In this document: positions 32,101-44,178 of the stretch, piece after piece
Position numbering within the stretch: the first letter of the stretch is position 1
Layout of the letters: the number at the start of each line of letters is the position of its first letter
From: Zygnema circumcarinatum SAG 698-1b
Lineage: Eukaryota > Plantae > Zygnematophyceae
Reading direction: 5' to 3'
NCBI GenBank assembly: GCA_037447605.1
Contig: CM074804.1
Coordinates: 4,069,909 to 4,133,908 of the forward strand
DNA: 64,000 bases
The notes under the pieces: model-generated
Database searches by the model: none
Told to the model about the DNA's origin: nothing
What the model saw: the letters and a program-made list of their open reading frames with translations, nothing else
Translations under genes and position numbers: made by a program

Positions 32101-35100
32101 TATCTCCAGGCCGCTCATCCACTGATGCAGGTCTCCTGTTCACTCGCACGAAAACGAAAAGTTCAACAGGGCACATCTAAGGTCTCTTCTCCACTCTCTG
32201 ATCCTTGGCTGCTTACTTTAGTTGGACCTACTAAGACACACGCCTTCCACTTCAGACTGGCTAAGGGAAGGGAAAGAGCCACAAAGGCAACACCTGTGAG
32301 CCTCCCTATTTTACTGTTGGGAACAACCCCATACGAAGAAATACTCACCCACACGTCCAGTGGTACACATTCTCTAGTTGGTTACGCTTCTGAAGGACGC
32401 TTGCTTGCCACTGAGCCCATTTCTTGTTCTCCTGCGGAACGCACGAAACCCCCAAAATGCACAGTTGAAATACAACGATTAAGACAGATGTGAAGTGGCC
32501 GCATAAAAATGGCAATTGAAAAATATGGCGCTGTTTCAGAGTAAGCTGAAAAGTTCACATCCACTACCTGACGTCATAGAACAGCCGAAGCACCCTAAAA
32601 ATCCTCCTACTGTTAACTGGCATGTGTCAGCCAGCAAGTATCAACATTCTTGGTTTTCTTGTGAAGCATTGCATGCTCTCACCTGCAAGTGCGCATCGAC
32701 CTGGGAACTGCTTGAAGCCATCTGCAGGAGCTTGTTTGACATGCGTGTGACGTGACCCATGTAGCCGCACCGTGAAGGGCTTCGTATTGTCTCTGCTCTC
32801 GGCTGCAATACACATCAAGAGACCAGTATATCCTAATTAAAGTTACCCAATGACTGAGCAAGGAATCACAAATGGAAACCCCAGTGCTGAATTATTGATA
32901 GACCCATTGTTACACACTGATCTGAAGAAAGCTTCTGCTTAACATTGCCTGAACATGCAGTCCGTCGGTGCTTGGAACCAATCAGAATGGTAAAGCAGCA
33001 GCCTGTTTCCTGAAGCGTCGGAGGTTTTGAGGGCTTCGTGACTGCTTTGTTTATTTTTGTTTACTTTGACTTTTTTGCTTCTTCGTGACTCACCTCAGGT
33101 CGGGTGTCGGGGGCATCCGGTTGATTGTCTGCTTGCAGCAGACGATCCACGAGATTGCATTCATCAAGAAGATGATCAATAAGAGATGAGCTGTTGCTAT
33201 CCAAGCACGAATTTACAATGCTTTCCACATGGTGGTGAAGCATATTGTTGAACGGAAATCTGCAAACAGCGAACATAACTCGTTTGATTCTTTCAGCGGC
33301 AATTCTTGCATTCACAAAACGAGCTTCTCAACTAGACACCCGGACACGATCATGAATGGATCGAGAGTATCAAAACTTGCAACCAGTGAAGGTTATGCAA
33401 GTAGACCACAGGTCTTCGCTTTGTAAAAAAGAAGAGGAGAAGTAGCTCGAAGGTAATCCAGATCACAACCTCAGCACTTCAATCAGATTAAACCTCTACA
33501 GAGCAAAGCAAAGCATGACTTTATCAAAAAATGGGTAAAAAAGGCCACTGGATGAAAGGTTCATTAACCTGAAAAAAAGATCAAGGGCAACTCGTATTGC
33601 GCCGAGGCCAATGAGCTCGGCTCGTGCCACATCACTGTTTGTGCGGAGCAGCACACCAATGAACTCCACAACCTGCCTCCATATGGCGTTTTATCGAACG
33701 TGTAAGAGTGAACAAAAAAACAAAGTGGTGCCACATATGTGTCTGACAAATTGTATGAAACTATGAAGCAGAACTCAATTTCACCACCAATAGAGCAGAA
33801 ACCGTAACATCTGGCATGTCAAATGAATGTGAAAAACCGCACTCATGAACACTACAACAAAGGTAACAACCGTCCAGTGTAGAGAATGGTCAATACCTTC
33901 AAACGATGGATGCCGAGAGGTGGCCTCAGCTCACCATATGTCGTGGGAAGGGTGGTTTCCTCTCCAGATAGATCCAAAAGTGAAAGCAGATCACCTGCTA
34001 ACAGAAACAAGTTGAGATTCAGAAGCTGCAATTGACGCGACACAAGCACAGAAAAACAACAATTATGGCAAGCTTACAATATGTGGGAATTGGCTCTCTT
34101 GAAATCGCCCAAGATAAAAATGCAATCCCTCAAAATAAGGTTTCACACTAGGTATTAAAATTATCCCAGTTGTAGAATAAGTATATTCCAATTCAAAAGA
34201 GGAAGGGAATCCTCAAAGAGAAAGTTTTAAAACCAGCAGTGAAAGCCTAATGGTTCACACGATAACAGGGTATAAATACGATGCAGAACCACAGTTTCCA
34301 AACTATTAGCAAGCCTCCAATTTCCCCACCAGCCTGGAAGAGGGAACCGCATCTAAGTGGGCCCAAAGACGCCAATGACATGGTCCAATGAGAACAGGCT
34401 ATAGTGAGCAGATGGTGACTTCTGCCGAGTCCGAGCGTCTGCCTGCTCAGCCCGCTCTGCATCTCTGAACTCCTCCATCACTAATCACGCGTTTCATCCA
34501 GCTCCTCACCTAAACGCTGAAGCACTCCATCCAAAGTCTCTGGATTGGCCGCTTGGAGAGAATGATGAATTCCTCGAGCTGCATTGGCTGCTGCTGCATT
34601 GGCGGCACGTTTTGGGTCCAAAAGAGTAATGCACACAGAAAGTGAATGTATAACACCCGTTTTCGATCGAGGAATTTCTAAAACATGTTGAAACAGGCCG
34701 TCTATGTATCTGCACAACACCAGTTCAAGTTGTAGACCAAGAGTCGGTGATTTTGCGGAATCATGAACATACCTCCAAGATCCAAAACGACCATGACTAT
34801 GATGAACCATACAAGGAGAAAGGTCCACTGGGAGTGTAGCCAGTAAAAGCCTGAAGCAGGGAATGTGTGCAACCAATACTCGGGATTTCCTCACGCATAG
34901 CCTCACCTGTACACCGTCACGCGCTGAACCTTACCTGTACAAATCTGCAGCGACCCTAAGGTGTTGACAGCCAAGGCCTCACAAAAGAACTTATTTTTCT
35001 AGCTTCTTCAAACGCTAGACTATAAATGCACCTTGCAGATCCAGATACTTCAACGGAACTCGACTACCAAAGTACTCGACCTCCATATTTCTGCATCTTT

Positions 35101-38100
35101 ACCACAGCCATTGAGTTCATTCTTCAACGCCTCATAGCCTGAACTACTCTGCGGCCACCAACTTCATGCGTTTCCTTCTCTAGTGAGCTTTCGTGGTAGT
35201 ACTCAATCGGTTACTATCCAACATGCAGATACATGTCAGGGTCTCCATCTTAACAGACAAGGTGGAGACGAATCTTGCGTGTTAAACAGAAAATCAGAAA
35301 TTATAATTACGGTGCTGTATAATTCAGATAGCTTTTGTCATGTGAAGGTAGTGGGTTTAGGGCCGCCGATTAAAGTTTAGCCAATGAGAATCCAGCTTGT
35401 GCATTCTAGCCTGCATTTGGCAACACGTAGTAAAACGAGTGATAATGGACACCTATAGAACTGTTATTTTCAACATTCAGTCTGCCGAAAGCAACACCTT
35501 TGTTGTTGCCAAGGGAGGTTCCTGACAATTGCTGTCTTTGCGCTTCACGCATGCTGCTATCCACTTTTGGCCGCCAAAAGTTATGATTTGACTTGTCAGG
35601 CACCAGTATTGTAGGCAGCGGGAAATCATCACTTCTGAAAACTGTATCAATTACACTCCTAAAAACCTAACAGAAACTGCTTTCCCAAGCGATCGGGCCA
35701 AAAAAGGCCTTAAAAAAACAATCAAGTCAGGTGAAATATGGACAACTACAGGCCTGCTTGTACACTTCAGTTCAGAAAATTGCTCACACTTCAAACAGGA
35801 GTCCCTGCCATCTATAATCGCAAATAAGGAAGATACAAGAAGGAGCAAATTTGTGATGGCCATTGAGTAAACTGAAGGATAAGAAAACTCTACTCACTTT
35901 GGACTGGAGAGCTGCGAAGCTAGGGCTGAAGGAGCTGTCCTCGCCACAGCACACAAGGTTTCAGCGGCATTGGCATGCTCATCTGCAGAATACTGCCCCC
36001 ATACGGCAAATATCACTGCCAGAGCTTCAGCAGCATTGGCAGGCTCAGTCCTGAAAACTGAATACAAAGAGATGGAGGGTTGCTGAAACTGACTCCATTA
36101 CTAGATAAGCAATTGCTAGTTTTCAAGCTCATATGATCTGTTTAACCCTTTCTCAAAGCTTCCTTAGAAACGGATTTTGGATGGCATGCAGGGCAGTAAA
36201 ACATGTGTGTGCCAGCAATAGATCCAATGTAACACAATATGACCAACGGAGACAATGGTCTTGGACTAAAATAGGCTGCTGTAAGAATACGTTCAGTTCA
36301 TATCTCCTAGACTGTATAGTTACGATCTTTCTAGTGCAATCTTTCTATGTTCAATGGATGTGGCATCCTCCCACAGTGTAATGACTACCTCCACTTCTGA
36401 ATCCCTGTTCAGCACTCGCATCCTCAAAGCTTTTGCATGCATGGGTAAATAACCAAAGGATTTCATTCCCAGCTACATGGCAGTAAGTGCTTCAATGACA
36501 CGTTTTGAGCCTGAGCGGAAATGGCATCTTGAAATGACCATAATTCCAGCTCGTCTACATACATTCTGCAATGGTTCCAGATTGCCACTTCCTGCTCACC
36601 TGGGAGCCCAAGCGATCGACTAACATGTCCAGCAAATTGGTGTTACCAAGCCACTGAACCGCATCTGCGTGATACATAAGAATCTGAGCATCAGCTCCGA
36701 CCAGTTTCAATAGGACCTGCAACAGCACGAGAACGAGAAATACGCCATCAGCATGCTGCAGCCATCTGTCCAACACTTGCAGACATATGAAGAGCCTGGA
36801 AAGGAGCAAAGCAATATCTCGGTGTTCAGAATTCAAGGACGCACCTCCATGATGGAAGTGATGCCAATAAGGTCAACCAACTTCTTTAAAATATCTTGAT
36901 GGGCCTGCAAAGTCAATCCGATTCATGTGAGATGAGATCCTCTGTCCCCTCGCCATGTTCATACTGTAGTAGTCTATCAATTCGCATCCCTTGGAATCAG
37001 AGTGTTCTGAAAGGTGTTTCAATTAATCTTCATCCCTAAAGAGACTGATTTTTTCTCACTAAAATCAACACATACCTCAAGATATGCCATCATATCCGGT
37101 GTTCTGCGCACAAGTAGACAAATGACAACCTGTCCAACAACAAACCATGCGCTTTTGTCAATTTCAAATTCAGTTCACTTTGCTAATTTCGAGCCTCTTG
37201 CGAAACATGCTACTGACAACAAACAAGTCCCCCCTATTGTACAAGCACCACCCTGGCAGTCGCCCTTGCCACCTAAAAAAAAATTGGTTCGTCCACAACA
37301 CTAATCAAGCCTCCATACGTGCAGAATGCACGACTGACAAGTTCATCAATTATGCCAGTGCTTCAGCTGGCAAGGACATCGTTACATGGATTCCCAGAAC
37401 TAACGGGCACCGTATAGAGATGAAAGCCATTGCTGGAATGGACATGTTGGCACAAATACTCCCACCCACCTTGCTAAAGTAGCCTGCCAAAAGATTTGGA
37501 TGTGGCTTCTTTGGGTCCAAAAATGAGAGAAGAAGCTCCATTGCCTGAAGATAGCCCCATCCTCTGATTAGCCAGTCAGGTTCATCAGCACAGCAAATGT
37601 TTCAGACATTTATTGGACTAAGGCCACGAAAACCTTGACCAGATTGTCAGTTTCCATGGATCCAAATCTGCCAGCACTCTGCCTTCATCAGAAGTTCTCC
37701 AGAAAGATGCAAATCTGGGGATGAACGCAAGTACAAGAGCCGAATTCTGAGCTTTCTGGGGGTTGAATGGTAGAACCTCCTTGAGCAAGCTACTAAACAC
37801 GGAAACTTCATAGATAAGTGTTTGGCCAGCGTCACATTTATTGCAGTCGCTGAGTCAAAAAGCAAATAGGCTAGCCGCCAAACAAACCTCCGGATCCTCG
37901 AGAAGGGTGTTGAATATTTGCTCAATTTCGCACGTAAAAACTTCACAGGAGACAAAGGGGTACCTGTCATATGCGAAACATCATACGAAGTTAAGAGTTG
38001 GGCACTTCGGCCTTCATACTAAAGCAGAGAAGCTCCAACTTAGTAATTTTTACAGAGGGACGAAGGAAAAAATGGGACGACTGCCATTCAAAACTCTCTC

Positions 38101-39737
38101 CGGATCCCGCTTCACTTTTTGAACCACGGAAAGAACTAAGAATAGCTTCTAGCTTTCTTAAGTGCATTTCAATCATGCTCTTGGTAGCTAGGGATCAATC
38201 TCGTTCATACTTGAATAAACGGCGGTCGTCCGCATCTGGTGGAGGCTCTTCAACAACATAACGCACCAGCTGTATCACTTGTGGCCTTCCTCGTAAACTG
38301 GCAGATCAACATTTACATCCAAGGAATTGGTAAATAGACTATCCTAATGGCCCCAATGAAGAGGACAGAGACGCTTGAACAAACGAGTCACTGGGCTAGA
38401 CGAGTTCGTAGGCAAGATAAGTACAACAGCTACATCAATGCTGCTGCAGATCATTCAGCACTGGAAAAAAAAAAAAACTCTATGTAAGATATGAATCCGT
38501 TTTGGAACGGACAAGCAGAGAGGACGGTAGTCTTTCGGCGAGTATAGGCCGTCAAAGCAAGTCAATTTTCTCCATGTACAGTCTAACGAAAGGAGAGTAT
38601 AGCATCTAAGAACTCTCATGCAAAGTGAAGAAAAGGGATTGTGAAAACGTACAACTGCACCAGCCGATGACTGAGCGACTTGCATTCTTGAATAAGGTCA
38701 TCTTCATCTAATAACTCCTCTAAAGTAAAGCTGCTTTTGTCCAAAATGAGGTCCACCTGGCAAAATAAGGTTCAGGCAATGTGACCAGATTAAATAAAGC
38801 AGAACCACTCTGAAAGTGAATATCAGAATCACTAAAAGTTCGGAGCAAAGTAGCATCTGTGCAGCATTCAACTATTCATTCTGCACCGCACATCACTACT
38901 GTGCGGTGAAGCCAAATTTTAAGATCTATCAACATAAGTCTTTAAAGTTGAAGAAGTACCAAACATGGTTGGTGAAGTTCTTTGAAGAACCACCAAGCAG
39001 ACTTAACAAGATAACATATTTCTCAGAACTTTCTCAGAGCTTTCAGAGGAGAGATTCTTGATTCACTAATCTTGGAAGGGGTAAATGCAATGAAAAGGCC
39101 AGAAACTCTGATGTGCAACAGATCCAAAAGCAAAGGAACAATGCCATCAAAATGTGTAGTAACTCGCAGTCCACAATCAAAGCATAACTTAGAAATACAT
39201 CGTCATGTATAAGGTACTTAGATTCCGTCCATATCAGTGGATTCTTCCCATAATTAAACACGAGACACAGGATACACTCACAAAGGAGAAGAAATCTCCA
39301 AATTTCCTCAGCTGAACGACTAGATATCATTCATGGTCCAAACTTGCAACTGCCCTTCGGCTGAGCCAGGTTCGGAACTAAAATTCCCAGGTTTTCAAGG
39401 ACGGTACATGACGAGAGCTCTGAAATTGTATCAGCTGTCTGAGATAAGAGATTCAAGATAGCGGAATCTCTCGGAAACGCATTACAGAAAGGAGAGATTC
39501 TTGAGCTCGACCTAATTATAAGAATTGTCGAATCCCAAATGCAGTAAAAACCTGTAAAAGCAACGCTATTGCTAATCCCAGTGCCCTGGTCTTGCACATG
39601 CAGTCCCTGTCAACCCTAAACTTGATCGATTCTATAAATTTGATTCACTCAGGACGAGCTTCCGACTGGACTCCCTCCATCCCAGTGACCAACCGTACCG
39701 GAGACGTTGCTGCAAGGCCACTGACACGCCAGAACAT
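29121..39737 (-). CDS. SIT4 phosphatase-associated protein (SAPS; PP6 regulatory subunit), many exons, with a long acidic last exon
   Basis: Exon 1 (39737-39699) gives MFWRVSGLAATSP. Later exons give VDLILDKSSFTLEELLDEDDLIQECK, FTCEIEQIFNTLLED, PHPNLLAGYFSKV, LVDLIGITSIMEVLLKLVGAD and HLVDECNL-like/FPFNNMLHHHVESIV. The last exon (about 30590-29121) contains a YNDVNFW motif resembling the plant SAPS C-terminal motif. Confidence 0.93.
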
Positions 39738-41675
39738 GGCTGCGGCAGAAACTCAACCTCCACCACTCCTCCCTGTTCGTGAACCTGCACTCCCCCTCCT
39801 CTCACCACCCCTCTCCCTCTCTCCCACCTTCCTGTTCCTTTCCACTTATCTTGCACCTGTGCGCTGCAGCCTCCCGTCCTTCCTCTCCCAACCCCTCTCC
39901 TTCCCCCCCTCCTCTCCCACTCCCCTCTCCCCACTCCCTTCCTCCGTCCCTGACAGCAGGAGGAGAATTAGGGCAAACTGTCGCTGCAGCGCGGTTTTAA
40001 ATCGTAGGACGGGAGGGGGCCGGCCAGCAGCAGGAAGAGGGTAGGCCGGCCGGGCGGGACCAGACAGACACTGCCGGACGGGGCTCCGTCCGTCCGTCCG
40101 TCCGTCCGTACTGGGAAGGGTGGGAGGGAGGGAGGGCAGGCGGGCCGCCCGTGTGAACATGTCCCTTCTTTCGTCGCTGTCCCACGGGGACACGTGTGAA
40201 TGGCCTTCGCGTCAGCAGCAGCAAACAGTCGACACGTGCGAGTGGGCATAGAGTACTGTACGTACGTGGACACCGGCAGGGTACGGTTGCCGTACATGTG
40301 ACGTGACCGTGGGAACGCCCTGGGACTGTACGGACGAACGGGGCCAGGCCGGGCCGGGGCCGGGGCTGGAACTGACCGTTGCGCGCGGTCCCCACCTGAC
40401 TGCCGCTGCAGGGAGTGGTTTGACTGACTGCTTTATGACTGACTGACTGACTGACTGCTGACTGCTGACTGACTAAACAGTGAGTGGCAGGAGGGCCCGT
40501 CCCATGCGGGTTGTTGCTTGCTTTAGGTTTCGAAGGCCAGCCAGGAAGGCCAGAAAAATACTTATCTGGGACAGCCCTGTCAGCGAGGCGTAGTCAGTCA
40601 TGAGGCAACTAGGACCTTCCGGTCGGAAGCACAGCTAACCTATGACGATAGTGCAGCCGGTATTTTGAGGGGCATGTGTGAATGGATGGATGCGTCAAGT
40701 GAAGAAAGCACTTTGTGAATATTGACGGCGCTCAAAGGTGCGAGGAAGAAGTGGGCAAGAAAGGAGGGAGACGAGAGGCAGAGAAGAGTGCCAACGAGAG
40801 AAAGGGAGCTGCTTGACAACGGCGCTTAGCCCGAAGTTTCGTTGCTTGCACAACATGCCGTCGTCCACCATCTCCAAAGACTCCTAAATCGTATCAAACA
40901 TCAGAAAGTCCCACCACTGCCCTCAAGAGGGGAGCCTTCAGACCCAAAAAAACAAAAACCGGGGTTAAAGAGGTAAACAGTTCGCGCATAACACTAACCT
41001 TCTCGTTTGTCAAATTTCCACAGCCTTCCTAAAGCCCTTACATTACTGCCACTTTAAAACAGCTTAGCTCCTCGCCAGTTGCCCTACATTTACATGACCA
41101 GAACGAAATTTCCTTAGCAGGAGGGTGCACAATTGTTTGTCCTTTGAAAATTGTTTTGCGGGGGAGCACTACTTAAAGAATGATTCTTTTCCTGATGAAG
41201 GTTTCCAGCTTTACTCTTGACGAGGGAGTCCTGCACCCATGCAAACGAATGACAGTAAAATGAAAAGATAGAAATTTGACACAGAAACCCAGTAAAGGAA
41301 ATAAAGTCGTGTGCAGTTGATCTATTCTGACCGCTGATTAATATTGAAAAGACAATCCTGAAATCCAAGGATGAGAGGACCACGACCTATGATGTGTTCA
41401 TGATTGATCTCGATCCCTCTAAGGCTAACGTTTTTCTTGAAACTGAATTCTGACAACTTCCCAAAGTCTATGGTCGCTACTTAGAGGGTTCCATTTCCAG
41501 ACGACTCCTTGTTCATGGCTACCTTGCATTGTCGAAAGACATTCGCTCAGACTCCAACATTAACAGATCTCCAGAACTCTGCAACTATTCCTACATTTCA
41601 TAGAGTACGATGATTCACTGCGCATGCGCAGCAAATGGGTTCACTTGTCGGAGATGACGAAGGGTGGAGAAAATT

Positions 41676-42861
41676 CTATTCAAACATGTCATCCATATGC
41701 GCTATTTTACATGGGAGGTTACTCGCTGGTATTGATTGCATATTTCAATGTCTTTCAAAAACTTCTGAGCTGGTGTCAACGAGTATCACCTCCCTCACAG
41801 GCCCGACGACTAATTGCATGCAGCCACCAGACACATGTCAGGAACCTGACAGAAGACCAAAAAGCAAGACCAAGGCTCTTTTGAACACTCGGTTCGGAGT
41901 ATGACCTCCATATCGCCGTCTATTTTGTGCGGCTGTCTCCTCCAGCATCTTCTCCAGATCTGCGGAAGCCTTCTCCTCCCATTTCACGAGTGCATTGCCA
42001 GCCCAAACTCCGAGGCCCATGCCTAGCACATGCTCCCAAGGGTCTGCCACACAGAAACGCGGATGAAAAATGTCCTCGATTTCATCGCAACCGCAACCTG
42101 ACGCTTTTGTGAAACATAGAGGCTTTCAGAGGTAAAATTTAGCAGCAGCAGGAGTAGAGAGTTAATTACATATCATCGAGACATAATGGGGCTCCACTGT
42201 TAGTCGGACTCTGCAAATGAACAAGTCCTCTCGTCCGTAATCGCTAGATTTTACAACTCCGATTTCTAGAGTAAATATAGTCACCAAATTGAAACTAACT
42301 AGCCAATGTTCTATGCTTGCAGATACAGCCGAATGAGCGGGTTTCATGGCAGCAGTAGTCTGTAAACAGAAACAAAATGCTGGCAGATCTTCAGGCTATC
42401 CAATATCACTATGTATTAATAGAGATAATGCACTGAATACTGTGAGAAAACGTCGGCTACGAACTTTCGGTCATCAACCGACAAAAAACGCCAGGAGAGC
42501 ATCTGATGTTGAAGGAAAAACGCCAGAGGAGTTAAGGAAGGTCCCTTTCATTCTAGCCGATATTGTTCTATCCAATGCACCACAAACGCAGTAGGGCCAT
42601 AGAGTGCTTCAAAGCCTGAAGGACCTACGAGTTGCAGTAGCCCTAAGGAACCCTAAGTGTCCGAATCGGCCCTTACCTAGGGAAGCCTGAACACCCAACC
42701 GAACCCTAAGACTAAAAAGACTAAAAAACACAGAGCTTGAATGAGAAGAGTGACCAGCAGGACAACATACGGCGCATGAGAGGCAGCTTCCTGACGGCGT
42801 TGCTGTACAGCTGGCAGCTGAGTCCGAACGCTGCTCCGATGAGCGTCGCTGTGGAAACCAT
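41676..42861 (-). CDS. NDUFC2: Mitochondrial complex I accessory subunit B14.5b (plant NDUFC2 orthologue)
   Basis: Exon 42861-42771 gives MVSTATLIGAAFGLSCQLYSNAVRKLPLMR. The exon from 42043 gives HPWEHVLGMGLGVWAGNALVKWEEKASADLEKMLEETAAQNRRRY, matching the remembered Arabidopsis At4g20150 sequence. The 3' end is uncertain: read-through to 41838, or a small terminal exon 41701-41676. Confidence 0.85.
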
Positions 42862-43450
42862 GGCTGTTCAGCCAGCAGAAACTTTTTGAGCTTCTGCGGA
42901 ATTGCAAGGGCAGACTATAAGAAAACAGAAATTAGGGCAGATGGGGGTGCACTCCGTACTCCTGCCGGAGGGGTATGAACATGCAGCGGAATTTGTGCTG
43001 AAGTTTGCAGGAACTTCGAAGCGTGTGCAGGGCGTTCCGTGGTTCACAGTTCACCGTTAAAATGTCAACAAGGGAATGTCGAACATGTGGAACTTTCCCA
43101 ACTGGGGCGTGACATGACAAACGACACTGAACGGGACCGCGCTTAACTACACTACTGTACTGCGCCGCACACAGAACTCGCCCCCGACAGACCCAGCCAT
43201 CAGACTACGACTCGCGTCACGTCACGGCACGTCAAGTCACGTCACGCTCGCGGGAAGCGCACGCAGGGGGGGCGGTCGTAGCGAAGAGAGCCGCAGCGCC
43301 CTGCTGACGTGGCCGCCTGCTGCCGCGGCGCCGAGCGTGCGGGCTGCCCTCGGAGGCGCGGGTCGCGAAACAGCTGCTGCCGCGAGGGCGGTCGTTTTTG
43401 CTGGCGCCGCTGGGAGCAGGGAGCAGCTGCAACTGTGAAGGAAGAGGGGG
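42862..43450. promoter_or_regulatory. Bidirectional promoter region between NDUFC2 and the SPIDR-like gene
   Basis: GC-rich island at 43130-43440 with repeated CACGTCA/TGACGTGG motifs between divergent genes. Confidence 0.5.
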
Positions 43451-44178
43451 CAGAGAGGTCTGGGGAAATGTGTAGTGATGCTGGTGTAGAAACGAAGCTA
43501 AGAAAGATATTATTTTAGCGATGATGCTAGCATGTAAGTAACAGTTGATTTCTTGTATTATTCAAGGAGTGTTCAAATGGCATTTGAGCGTAGCAGAGCC
43601 TTATAGGAAGTCAAACAGCACAATATGGATGTTAGGTGGAGCTCTTATTCACCTTTTTCGTCTATTTGTCCTTTTTTGCTTATCGTCCTGGTCACGAGGA
43701 GAATAGGCAAAGAAGTTAGAAGCGGGTCTGGCATGCAGGACTGACAAAGAACCTATTTTGGTATTGTCGAACCGCAACTCAACATTTGAAGTGTCAAACA
43801 CAGGATGTGAGAATAGAGATTGTGTTCTGTTTTTCGTCCATTGTCAGGTCGCAGAGAGTGTACTCCCTATCTCAGTGCAGGAGCACTGAGATAAAGAGGA
43901 CACAGTCTTGCTTCAGTCTTTCTACTTGCATTAGGAGACATCATGAACTTTGAAGTGTGTTTATTCATCTTTGAAGTGTGTTTATTCATCTATCTGCTCT
44001 CTTGTCCTGCATTTGTGGATCGCAGGCATAGATCGAAAAGTATGCGCCGTCATGAGTGTCCAGAATGGAAGTTTTCTACAATCCGGCAGATGAAGATTAT
44101 TTGCCAAATCAAATAAAATCAATCCCATAAGCAAAGAAGTAAAGGATAAGGAGACGAGGAGAAAGTCAGCCGTTTTTT

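Noticed and set aside
40600-41650. Exon-like segments downstream of NDUFC2 suggesting an extra gene
   Set aside because: No spliced combination gave a convincing ORF; these are probably 3'UTR exons or intergenic DNA.
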